A stretch of DNA of 13,082 nucleotides from Candidatus Thorarchaeota archaeon (lineage in GTDB: Archaea > Asgardarchaeota > Thorarchaeia > Thorarchaeales > Thorarchaeaceae). Every line of letters starts with the position of its first letter. Position 1 is the first letter of the stretch. Made by a program: the position numbers and the translations under genes. The stretch is from the NCBI GenBank assembly GCA_003345545.1, contig PRDH01000004.1, positions 1 to 13,082 of the forward strand. Direction: 5' to 3'. Positions 5,928 through 13,043 of the stretch are shown in pieces. Under the pieces are notes generated by a model, which was not told where the DNA came from, did no database searches, and saw nothing but the letters and a program-made list of their open reading frames with translations.

Positions 5928-7319
5928 TTACGATTTCCTCTTCGCTTGAAGCTTCATCCTCTCAGTCATGATACATCGGTCGCCTTTGCGACCGCCCATT
6001 GGATTGTGTGTCGTCCCCATTGAGTTCATGCACCTTGCAGCTACTGCAGCTCCCATTGCAAGGCCGTCCTCCACAAAGACGAGTTGGTGCGATGCCGTCC
6101 ATAGGCTTCCAGTATTCAACCGAAGCCCACTGGTAATCAATTTTGGTTTCTGGCCGGTCGTGATTGCCCTACCTGTCAGTCCCAAGGAGGTTTCATCAAG
6201 AACTAGACCCTCGGTATCAGCAATGCTTACGATGCGCTGCAGAATCCATGCCTGAAGACTATCGAATAGGGGGAGCAGATACGCTCCATCCTCTGAACCA
6301 CTGAATCTGGAGCCGAATCGCTCCAGCGCAGTGAGGTCAGCGTCCACGCCGATTAGAACGATATTCGACTCTTCTGCGGCGTCTGTGTTGACTGGTACTG
6401 TTCCAAATCGAGACGATCCTCTTGGGACCCGTTCGATCCGGATAATCCGCTTTACTTGTTCGAGCCGCTCCGGGGTGACATCTATCTTTGACAATCTGCC
6501 GCTATGGGGCAAATCAAGAACGCACCCTGTTTCAGATTGAACTAAACCGGACCCACGAGCGATTGCATCCGGTATGGCGCCAGCCAAACCGGCAAACGAC
6601 CCGATAGTCCGTGCGTACGGATATCCGTTGTCAGTGATCCGGCCAGCGAGTGTGGTCCCGAAGTCCAAGGTCATCACAGGGTTCCTGAAGTCGATAGCAG
6701 TTCCCTTGACTGCGCCCTTGATTCCTGCAGTCACCAGTTCGCCTTCCATTTCATTGGCAACGATTTCTGTATTTGCTGGCGGAAGCGAAGACGCAACCGC
6801 CCCATCAAAATACACTTTCTTCAGCCACGTGAAGTCACGCAGGCCTGTGGGCAAGTTCTTGGCTGATATCGACGCAGTCATTTTTCGAGGAGGAATGCCT
6901 GCTTGAATACATCCATCTGCAAGAGCCTGCACAATGACTCCGACATCAGATGGATTGGCGAAGCTAGCAGTGACCCCTGTGGAACGAACAGCAAAGTGAA
7001 GATCACGTTCGATATCGATTCCTGCCCGAGATGTGGCAGCAATCAGCACACTGGAAACCAATTCGGCGACTGATTCCCGTGTCAATTGCACTCCGAACAG
7101 AGTTTCGCCGAATACCTGTTCATCCGTACGCGGAGTTCTCACGTCACGCGTCATCCTAACTTCCTTCTCGATTTCGAATATCTCCGCGGTTTCCAGATTC
7201 GTTGTGACCAGAATGCACTTTGTTGTTGTATTGCCAAGTTCAACAGAGGCGACTGTATAGAATGGACCCATCCTGAGCGATGATAGTCCGATTGCCTTTG
7301 GTCTCAAGACGCCTCGCAT
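5928..7319 (-). CDS. Methanogenesis marker protein 14 (DUF2114), ASKHA-type ATPase-like
   Basis: VASVELGNTTTKCIL, VRSTGV.A.F, VANEMEGELVTAGIK, DFRNP..TLDFGTTLAGRI, DGLA.GAAV.ARCMNS.GT...P.GG..G..C match this family as I recall it. Start re-called at ATG 7319, 8 nt after AGGTGA (7328-7333). Confidence 0.88.
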   Translation of the reverse strand: MRGVLRPKAIGLSSLRMGPFYTVASVELGNTTTKCILVTTNLETAEIFEIEKEVRMTRDVRTPRTDEQVFGETLFGVQLTRESVAELVSSVLIAATSRAGIDIERDLHFAVRSTGVTASFANPSDVGVIVQALADGCIQAGIPPRKMTASISAKNLPTGLRDFTWLKKVYFDGAVASSLPPANTEIVANEMEGELVTAGIKGAVKGTAIDFRNPVMTLDFGTTLAGRITDNGYPYARTIGSFAGLAGAIPDAIARGSGLVQSETGCVLDLPHSGRLSKIDVTPERLEQVKRIIRIERVPRGSSRFGTVPVNTDAAEESNIVLIGVDADLTALERFGSRFSGSEDGAYLLPLFDSLQAWILQRIVSIADTEGLVLDETSLGLTGRAITTGQKPKLITSGLRLNTGSLWTASHQLVFVEDGLAMGAAVAARCMNSMGTTHNPMGGRKGDRCIMTERMKLQAKRKS

Positions 7320-7334
7320 GATTGCCATCACCTA

Positions 7335-8270
7335 TCAGAGAAGTTTCTTGAATGGATGACTATCTCCAGGTTCAATGCCGAACTCCAAGTAAGCGGATTC
7401 TGCCGCAAAAATGTCTGCCAGTGCAGCAACAGGGAACACACGATTAGCATTCTCTATCGGGCCATAGAGCAAGAAATCAGCACCCATCATTTGCACAATG
7501 ACATTCGATGCTGCATCAGTTGTGAAATATGCCTCACGGTCGGTCTTCTTGTGTTTCCTCAGCCAGGTCCATGACGAAGGGGCGTTGTGCACCCCAGACC
7601 CGGTTGGTAGGCCATACACCGTCTTTGAAACAAAGGTGAAGGCCGCCGCAGAGCCTGCTCCAGCACCCATGGCTGTGACAGCTGTGTCGATGAGAGGCTT
7701 CGTCACACCTATGTCACGACACAAGTCTAGGAGGCCCTTCTCTCTCTCCAGAACAGGCTTCTCAAGAACTGCTCGCCGCCCTGCAATCGAGGGGTCCTGG
7801 GGATTGAAGGCTAGAACAATAGCAGATTCGTGATGCATATCTCTCAGGACCTCAATCTCACTAGGCGTTACAGACACGTTGATAGAGTTGTAGATAGCTT
7901 TGTCAGAGAGACCTACTTCTTCGGAGTGCTTCAATCCAGCAATTCGGACTCGAGGTTCCGTCGAGTCGATAAGAAACGGGGCATCAGACAGCTTGGTGAC
8001 AAAATCAATGTAGCGGACCACAGCCTCTTCAGACTCTGCGAAAATCTGCACAAGTGCAGGATTGCCTGTCATATCAGACATCTCATCCTGTTTTAGCAGG
8101 AGGTTTCTTGCTGAGTTCTTGTCAAAAATGCCTCTCTCCGCACTCTCAACAATCTTGTGCCCGCTGTAGAAGATGGTTCCTGCAAGAACAGTTGGGGTCT
8201 CGCCGAAATTTCCTCCAATCTTGACTCCGCCAATGTTATGGATTATTTGTTCTTTCTCGAAGACAAACAA
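7335..8270 (-). CDS. mtrH: MtrH-family methyl-pterin:corrinoid methyltransferase (paralog 1, canonical-like)
   Basis: MFVFEKEQ....IGGVKIGG..GE.PTVLAGTIFY.GHKIV, PFLIDST, IYNSIN, GSGVHNAPS.W.WL, GADFLLYGPIENA. TTG start with GGAGG SD inside the end of mtrA. Confidence 0.92.
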   Translation of the reverse strand: MFVFEKEQIIHNIGGVKIGGNFGETPTVLAGTIFYSGHKIVESAERGIFDKNSARNLLLKQDEMSDMTGNPALVQIFAESEEAVVRYIDFVTKLSDAPFLIDSTEPRVRIAGLKHSEEVGLSDKAIYNSINVSVTPSEIEVLRDMHHESAIVLAFNPQDPSIAGRRAVLEKPVLEREKGLLDLCRDIGVTKPLIDTAVTAMGAGAGSAAAFTFVSKTVYGLPTGSGVHNAPSSWTWLRKHKKTDREAYFTTDAASNVIVQMMGADFLLYGPIENANRVFPVAALADIFAAESAYLEFGIEPGDSHPFKKLL

Positions 8271-8275
8271 AGATG

Positions 8276-8962
8276 CTATGCCTCCTTGCCCACGAGAATA
8301 GTGCCAGTATCGCTTTCCCTCACTTCGATGACGATAGAGGAGGGGTGTTCTGTGACAATCGCGTGAGCCTCTTGTTTGGCCATTAAGGAGCTGTTACTCT
8401 CTAGGAGCAAATCGTACTCGGGAAGGATAATGATGGTGGCAGATGAAATCGCTCTCCGTGCTTCTCCAGATGCAGGTTTGAACTCAATCCATAGTGCGTC
8501 CTTTGAAAAGAGTCCAGGATTCTGCCCAGCAAGCTGCTCCACTTTCTCTGTAATCTGACTCAGACTGAGCACATTGATCATATCTATGAGCTCAATCTGC
8601 TCCCTAAATCGATCAATGCCTTCCGGTGGCACATTCTCGATATAGGGTATCGCCCCCTCAGCACCAATTATCTTTCTTGTATCTGGATCTACACCGTTAA
8701 GGAATAGCGCACGTAGAGACCTGCCCGTCAAATGACCAGGAACCTCGGGACCAGCAACGATGAGATATCGAATGTTAGGGTTTGATATGATATTAATGAT
8801 GATGCGTTCAATACCAATATTCTCAGTCTTGCACGAGCCTGCAATCGAATACTGTCCAGGAATCTCAATTCGTTTTCCCAGCGTGCAAATAGCCACACAA
8901 TGTGAGGGGTCATTGACATCAAAGTCGCCAGCGACCGGTGGCCATTCATGATCGTTGTTCAT
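8276..8962 (-). CDS. mtrA: Soluble MtrA/MtxA-like corrinoid protein with C-terminal extension and no membrane anchor
   Basis: WPPV.GD, VAICTLG, CKTENIGIE..I.NIISNPNIR, G.EV.GH.TG (cobamide-ligating His77, codon 8732-8734), IIGA.GAIPYIEN, RFR.Q. No hydrophobic helix at the C-terminus. AGGAGG SD at 8971-8976. Confidence 0.92.
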   Translation of the reverse strand: MNNDHEWPPVAGDFDVNDPSHCVAICTLGKRIEIPGQYSIAGSCKTENIGIERIIINIISNPNIRYLIVAGPEVPGHLTGRSLRALFLNGVDPDTRKIIGAEGAIPYIENVPPEGIDRFREQIELIDMINVLSLSQITEKVEQLAGQNPGLFSKDALWIEFKPASGEARRAISSATIIILPEYDLLLESNSSLMAKQEAHAIVTEHPSSIVIEVRESDTGTILVGKEA

Positions 8963-8974
8963 CTCTTCAGCCTC

Positions 8975-9892
8975 CTATTCAAATGTTGGCGGGATGAAGA
9001 GAGGTCTCTCAATGCCTAGAACATTGATTGCCTCCGCAACGGCAGCTGCAATAGCATTCGAAATGAGCGCAACTGCTGCAAACACTTCTTTGGTCCGTAT
9101 CATTGAACCATACATGATTGAGTCCGTAGCGAATAGCTGGGCGGCCACAGTGGATGCAACTACTGTCGCCATATGTGTAGATTCATCATCAAGACCGGGT
9201 TGCTTAATGAATCGCCAGGCCGAGGGAGCATTGTGCGGGGCAAGGCAGGTTGGAAGGCCCAGTTCTGATTTTATTGCTATCATTGTTCTGAGTTCGAGGC
9301 CATATCCTGCACCAACAGGCATAGTTGCCGGGTCGATGAGCACCTTTTCCATCGCCAGGTCTCTTGCTGTTTCAAGCATATCCCCGACAGTCTTCATTCT
9401 ATCCTGCAGAGACGTCGCGCGAGGTGACCAACCAAGAACAACAGCCATATTGAGCCCGCTGTCTTTCAGGACCTGCTTTTCATCGTCTTTCATTGACAGA
9501 TTGATTGAGTTGTAGATCATGCGTTCTTGAAGACCGGTTTCATGACTGTATTCGATAGCTCTTACCCTTGCATCGGCATTAGTGGATTCAAACATTATTG
9601 GACCACTGAAGTTTTCCGAGAGCCAAGCGAGATGATTCTCCATTGCAGCAGGAGTCCTCCCAAATGCCTGAATTATGAACGGATGGCCTGTCTTCTCGAC
9701 CATATCCATGGCGATGTCAATCCAATCCAAAGCCAGGCTCTTATCGAATGTGCCCTCTTTTGTGTCCTTAACGATGGGCTGTCCCTTGAAGAAGAGACCT
9801 CCAATCAAAACGGTCGGATTCTGCCCCGGGTGGCCACCAATCTTGACTCCACCGAAGTCGTATGTCTGTTGTTCCTTCTTGAAGATGAACAA
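8975..9892 (-). CDS. mtrH: MtrH-family methyltransferase (paralog 2, divergent)
   Basis: MFIFKKEQ....FGGVKIGG.PG.NPTVL, IYNSIN, LIDP, HNAPSAW, YG. Aligns by eye end to end with paralog 1. TTG start after GAGGTGA overlapping the metF stop. Confidence 0.88.
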   Translation of the reverse strand: MFIFKKEQQTYDFGGVKIGGHPGQNPTVLIGGLFFKGQPIVKDTKEGTFDKSLALDWIDIAMDMVEKTGHPFIIQAFGRTPAAMENHLAWLSENFSGPIMFESTNADARVRAIEYSHETGLQERMIYNSINLSMKDDEKQVLKDSGLNMAVVLGWSPRATSLQDRMKTVGDMLETARDLAMEKVLIDPATMPVGAGYGLELRTMIAIKSELGLPTCLAPHNAPSAWRFIKQPGLDDESTHMATVVASTVAAQLFATDSIMYGSMIRTKEVFAAVALISNAIAAAVAEAINVLGIERPLFIPPTFE

Positions 9893-9899
9893 ATCGCTT

Positions 9900-10832
9900 T
9901 CACCTCACTTCTGGCCTGGGATAGAGGCCCGCACTCTTCACAATCTCTGGGATACTCTCTTCCCAGTCTATACCCATCAAGTGCACACCGTGTATCCCCT
10001 TTATGCGCCTGACTGCCCTAATCACTTCTGTCGCTATCAAGAGCCCTTCTGCCCGAGTTGCCTCACGCTTCTTTTCACCCTTAAGACCCCTACCCGCAGC
10101 CTCTAATCGTTTGATGACCTCTTCTGGAATCTTGATACCAGGCACAGACTTGTTCATGAAGTTGGCCATGATGGGACCCTTGAGTGGAGTGATGCCAGCA
10201 AGCACTCTTAGCTTCAGGTCAGCTGCCTTGTCCATGAAGGTCTCTAATCGGGCCGTGTCAAAGATGGCTTGAGTCTGGAAGAACTTGGCTCCCGCGTCAC
10301 GTTTCTTTTCTGCTCGTATCACATGTAACTCCAAGGGATCCGCATAAGGATTGAAGGTAGACCCCAAGAAGAACTCTGGTGTGCCCTCGAGTTTGTCACC
10401 AGCCAAGTCAGTACCACCCATAAGATGGCTCGCCAGTCCAAGCGCCTGAATTGAGTCTATGTCATAGACGGTCTTCGCTTCGGGATGTGAACCAAGAAGG
10501 GTATGGTCTCCAGTGATGAATAGAATGTTGCGGATGCCAAGCGCATATGCACTGTAAAGCTCGCTCTGTATGGATATTCTATTCCTGTCACGTGTCGACA
10601 TCTGCATGATTGGCTCTGCACCAGCATCTAGGACAAAGTGAGCACAGGTAGCACTGCTCATGGATGGTATACCACGTATGTTGTCGGTGATGTTGATTGC
10701 ATCGCAGTAATCCATGACTAGACGCGTTCGCTCAAGAACAAGCGTCTTGTCTGCTCCTCTGGGAGGCCCGATCTCAGATGTCACGACGAAATCGTTGGAC
10801 TCCAATACATGCATCAGCTTTGTTCCTAACAG
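9900..10832 (-). CDS. metF: Methylenetetrahydrofolate reductase, MetF (MetVF-type large subunit)
   Basis: FVVTSEIGPPRG, DAINITDN, EPIMQMSTRDRNRI, NILFITGD, VYDIDS, KK.DAGA.FFQTQ..FD, GVHLM. ORF track start is ATG 10814. Upstream in-frame CTG at 10832 lies 9 nt from AGGAG (10842-10846). Confidence 0.93.
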   Translation of the reverse strand: MLGTKLMHVLESNDFVVTSEIGPPRGADKTLVLERTRLVMDYCDAINITDNIRGIPSMSSATCAHFVLDAGAEPIMQMSTRDRNRISIQSELYSAYALGIRNILFITGDHTLLGSHPEAKTVYDIDSIQALGLASHLMGGTDLAGDKLEGTPEFFLGSTFNPYADPLELHVIRAEKKRDAGAKFFQTQAIFDTARLETFMDKAADLKLRVLAGITPLKGPIMANFMNKSVPGIKIPEEVIKRLEAAGRGLKGEKKREATRAEGLLIATEVIRAVRRIKGIHGVHLMGIDWEESIPEIVKSAGLYPRPEVR

Positions 10833-10864
10833 AATAGAACTCTCCTATGCTTTAGATTGCGTGA

Positions 10865-10906
10865 AGAACACTGAGCTCCTTAATTTCCTTTTGTTGAGAA
10901 CACTGA
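10865..10906. repeat. 10-bp direct repeat AGAACACTGA x2 (32-bp spacing) flanking a BRE/TATA-like tract between metV and metF
   Basis: Copies at 10865-10874 and 10897-10906. Between them the minus strand reads AAAAGGAAATTAAGG. Confidence 0.55.
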
Positions 10907-10909
10907 CAA

Positions 10910-11569
10910 TCACTCACTGGGCGTGTGAATGATATTTCTAGGACTCTGAGCAGGCCTCCAATCCCGAATCTCCCAGATTCTGGAGATGTTGTCCAACTTA
11001 TCTAGCTTCTTCAAACGGTCAAATATCAACTGCCAGACACATTCCGTGTCGGCATCGCGTTCACATCTGCCATCCATCGATCCGCCGCAGGGACCATTCA
11101 GAATTCCCTTGGAACAGCGAGCAATCGGGCAGATACCCGCAGTGAGGTCAAGGATGCATTCACCACACATGGCGCAGCGTTCTTTGTGGTAGAATCGCTC
11201 GGGCATTGTTCCGAGGAATTTGGAGTCCGTGGCAGGAAAAGACTCCTTCTCGGGAAGGATTTCAGAGAGATTCTGTGTCGCGACGCCACATGCCTGAACG
11301 AGAAATGCATCTGCTTTGTCAATGATTGCCCTTTTTTCCTCTATCTCTTTCTTGAGAGCACGCTCATCACATATCCCACCCTCGACGAAGACAGAGCCCA
11401 AGACTTCCTTTCCATTCTTGGTCAGAAAGTCCTCCATGTCCTCCAACTGGAGAATCCCGCCGACATCGCAGAGCTGCGCGCATCCAGAGTCGCCGAATAA
11501 TACGATTCGGTTGTACCCATCAAGCATCTCAAGGATCTTTTCCTTTGATTTTAGGTTCATGACGATCAT
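10910..11569 (-). CDS. metV: Methylenetetrahydrofolate reductase Cys-rich small subunit MetV (MTHFR C-terminal-like domain protein)
   Basis: MIV..K..E.I...L, GDSGCAQLCDVGG, ACG, ERCAMCGEC.L..T.GICPIARCSKG.LNGPCGG..DG.CE.D...CVW; directly upstream of metF. Start re-called at ATG 11569. Confidence 0.9.
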   Translation of the reverse strand: MIVMNLKSKEKILEMLDGYNRIVLFGDSGCAQLCDVGGILQLEDMEDFLTKNGKEVLGSVFVEGGICDERALKKEIEEKRAIIDKADAFLVQACGVATQNLSEILPEKESFPATDSKFLGTMPERFYHKERCAMCGECILDLTAGICPIARCSKGILNGPCGGSMDGRCERDADTECVWQLIFDRLKKLDKLDNISRIWEIRDWRPAQSPRNIIHTPSE

Positions 11570-11624
11570 AAGCTGCAACCCTACATTCAGTGATTCTGCG
11601 ACCAAGACCTAAAAATCTGTGCTT

Positions 11625-12941
11625 CTAGACAGCCGTAGCCGCCTTGGAACTAGCTTGAAGTTTCTGAAGACTGGTGACTGGTAGCAGTTTCGATATCTTC
11701 TGTTCTGCCTCAAAATCGAGCAGAGCGATGACTTGAATTGAATCCTCAGAATATGACTCGGATTCGATAACAGCCACTTCGTGTAGCAGAGATAGGACAG
11801 ACATCCCTTCATCACCATAGGGCAGCGTAATGGCATATCTCCAAAGGCTTGGCAAGGCCTTCTCAATGGCTTTGATGAGCTCGTCAATATTCGTTTTGTT
11901 CTTGGCCGAGATTGGAATGACACTGTTTGAAACATCCTTTAGGAGCTCGCTTCTTGAGGCTATTGAAGAATCATCCAATAAGTCAATCTTATTCAGGGCA
12001 GCGATGATGGGCACTCCGTTTGCTCCAATCTCACTGAATGTGTCAAGGCATGTACGTATCTTGCGATTCATCTCCTCGACCTGCTCAGATGCGTCTACGA
12101 CCAGAATGATGATATCTGCAGATCCAATCTCCATCAGAGTTGTGTTGAATGCTTCCAAGAGGGCATGGGGCAAGTTGCTAATGAAGCCAACAGAATCAGA
12201 GAGTACAATGTGCCTGCCGGGCAAATTCAGTTCAGCAGCCTTTGTTGAAAGGGTTGTAAAGAGCTCATCGGCTATCTCTACTCCTGAGCCTGTGAGTGCA
12301 TTATGAAGAGTGCTCTTCCCAGCATTAGTATACCCAGCCAAGGCTATCTCTATGTATCCCATGCTCTCGCGCTTTTTCTTCAGAAGTGCCTGCGATTCAG
12401 ATATCTTCTCTAGTTTGTCAGAGATTAGTGCTATCCGTCGTCTTATTTCATGAACTCTAAGGTTGAGCAGGTCTTCACCTGCACCGATCTGCTCAGCAAT
12501 TGGTCGGTCGCCTGTATGCTCTTTCTGAAGTCTCATTCTAAGCTGGTGTCGTTCAAACGGCAATTCATAGTTCAACCGAGCTTGTTCGATTTGTAGTTTT
12601 GCCTGTTGCGTCCTTGCATGCAAGTCAAAAATCTCAAGAATCACCTGTGTCCGATCTCTCACCTCGGTGTCCCACGTCTCCATGAGCCTGAAGAGCTGGC
12701 TTGATTTCAGGTATGGAGAAAACAAAACAAAGTCGGGCTTGTTAACACCAATCCATGTCTTTATCTCTTCTACCTTTCCGCTTCTTATCCCATACTTGGC
12801 AGCTGGTGCAGCAATAATATCGTATGTACCTATAATGCGATAGTGAGCTGTATTTGCAAGAGCAGCAAACTCGTCGAGCAGGTCAGGTTCATTGTATCTT
12901 CTCTGCTGGACCAGTACTGCAGTAGCATCGACCATTGCCAT
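11625..12941 (-). CDS. hflX: GTPase HflX (ribosome-splitting factor)
   Basis: EF..LA.TA, G...GKVEEI, DRT.VILEIF..HA....AKLQIE.A.L.Y.LP, G1 GYTNAGKST, LFTTL, G3 DSVGF, G4 NKID, ISAK. Start re-called at ATG 12941 (GGAG at 12949-12952); ATG 12935 is an alternative. Confidence 0.95.
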   Translation of the reverse strand: MAMVDATAVLVQQRRYNEPDLLDEFAALANTAHYRIIGTYDIIAAPAAKYGIRSGKVEEIKTWIGVNKPDFVLFSPYLKSSQLFRLMETWDTEVRDRTQVILEIFDLHARTQQAKLQIEQARLNYELPFERHQLRMRLQKEHTGDRPIAEQIGAGEDLLNLRVHEIRRRIALISDKLEKISESQALLKKKRESMGYIEIALAGYTNAGKSTLHNALTGSGVEIADELFTTLSTKAAELNLPGRHIVLSDSVGFISNLPHALLEAFNTTLMEIGSADIIILVVDASEQVEEMNRKIRTCLDTFSEIGANGVPIIAALNKIDLLDDSSIASRSELLKDVSNSVIPISAKNKTNIDELIKAIEKALPSLWRYAITLPYGDEGMSVLSLLHEVAVIESESYSEDSIQVIALLDFEAEQKISKLLPVTSLQKLQASSKAATAV

Positions 12942-13043
12942 TAGGCAACTCCATATTGTCTTAAAGTGTGGTATTAGTGACAAGTCCAAATCATGGCAGA
13001 GAAAGGTTCTTTGGTAAGCCGAAGACTCCCCAGGTGAGCATGC

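Noticed and set aside
5928-9892. Interpretation as evidence for methanogenesis or a Na+-pumping Mtr complex
   Set aside because: No mtrB-G or mcr genes in the window, MtrA has no membrane anchor, and the context is MetVF; a soluble methyltransferase fits better. The rest of the genome is unseen.
10865-10906. Mini-CRISPR interpretation of the direct repeat
   Set aside because: Only two 10-bp copies with a 22-bp spacer and no cas genes; too short.
9900-11569. Selenocysteine or pyrrolysine read-through in the redox and methyltransferase genes
   Set aside because: No in-frame TGA/TAG interrupts a conserved domain; the stops fall at expected family C-termini.
3590-12306. Numerous 60-186 aa plus-strand ORFs opposite larC, cofE, mmp14, mtrH/A, metF/V and hflX
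   Set aside because: They lie antisense to well-supported genes and have the Ser/Pro/Ile-rich composition typical of shadow frames.
11570-12941. Functional link between hflX and the C1 cluster
   Set aside because: Only co-orientation supports it. The 55-bp gap has a T-run/TATA-like TTTTTAG (11609-11615) that could terminate hflX or promote metV separately.
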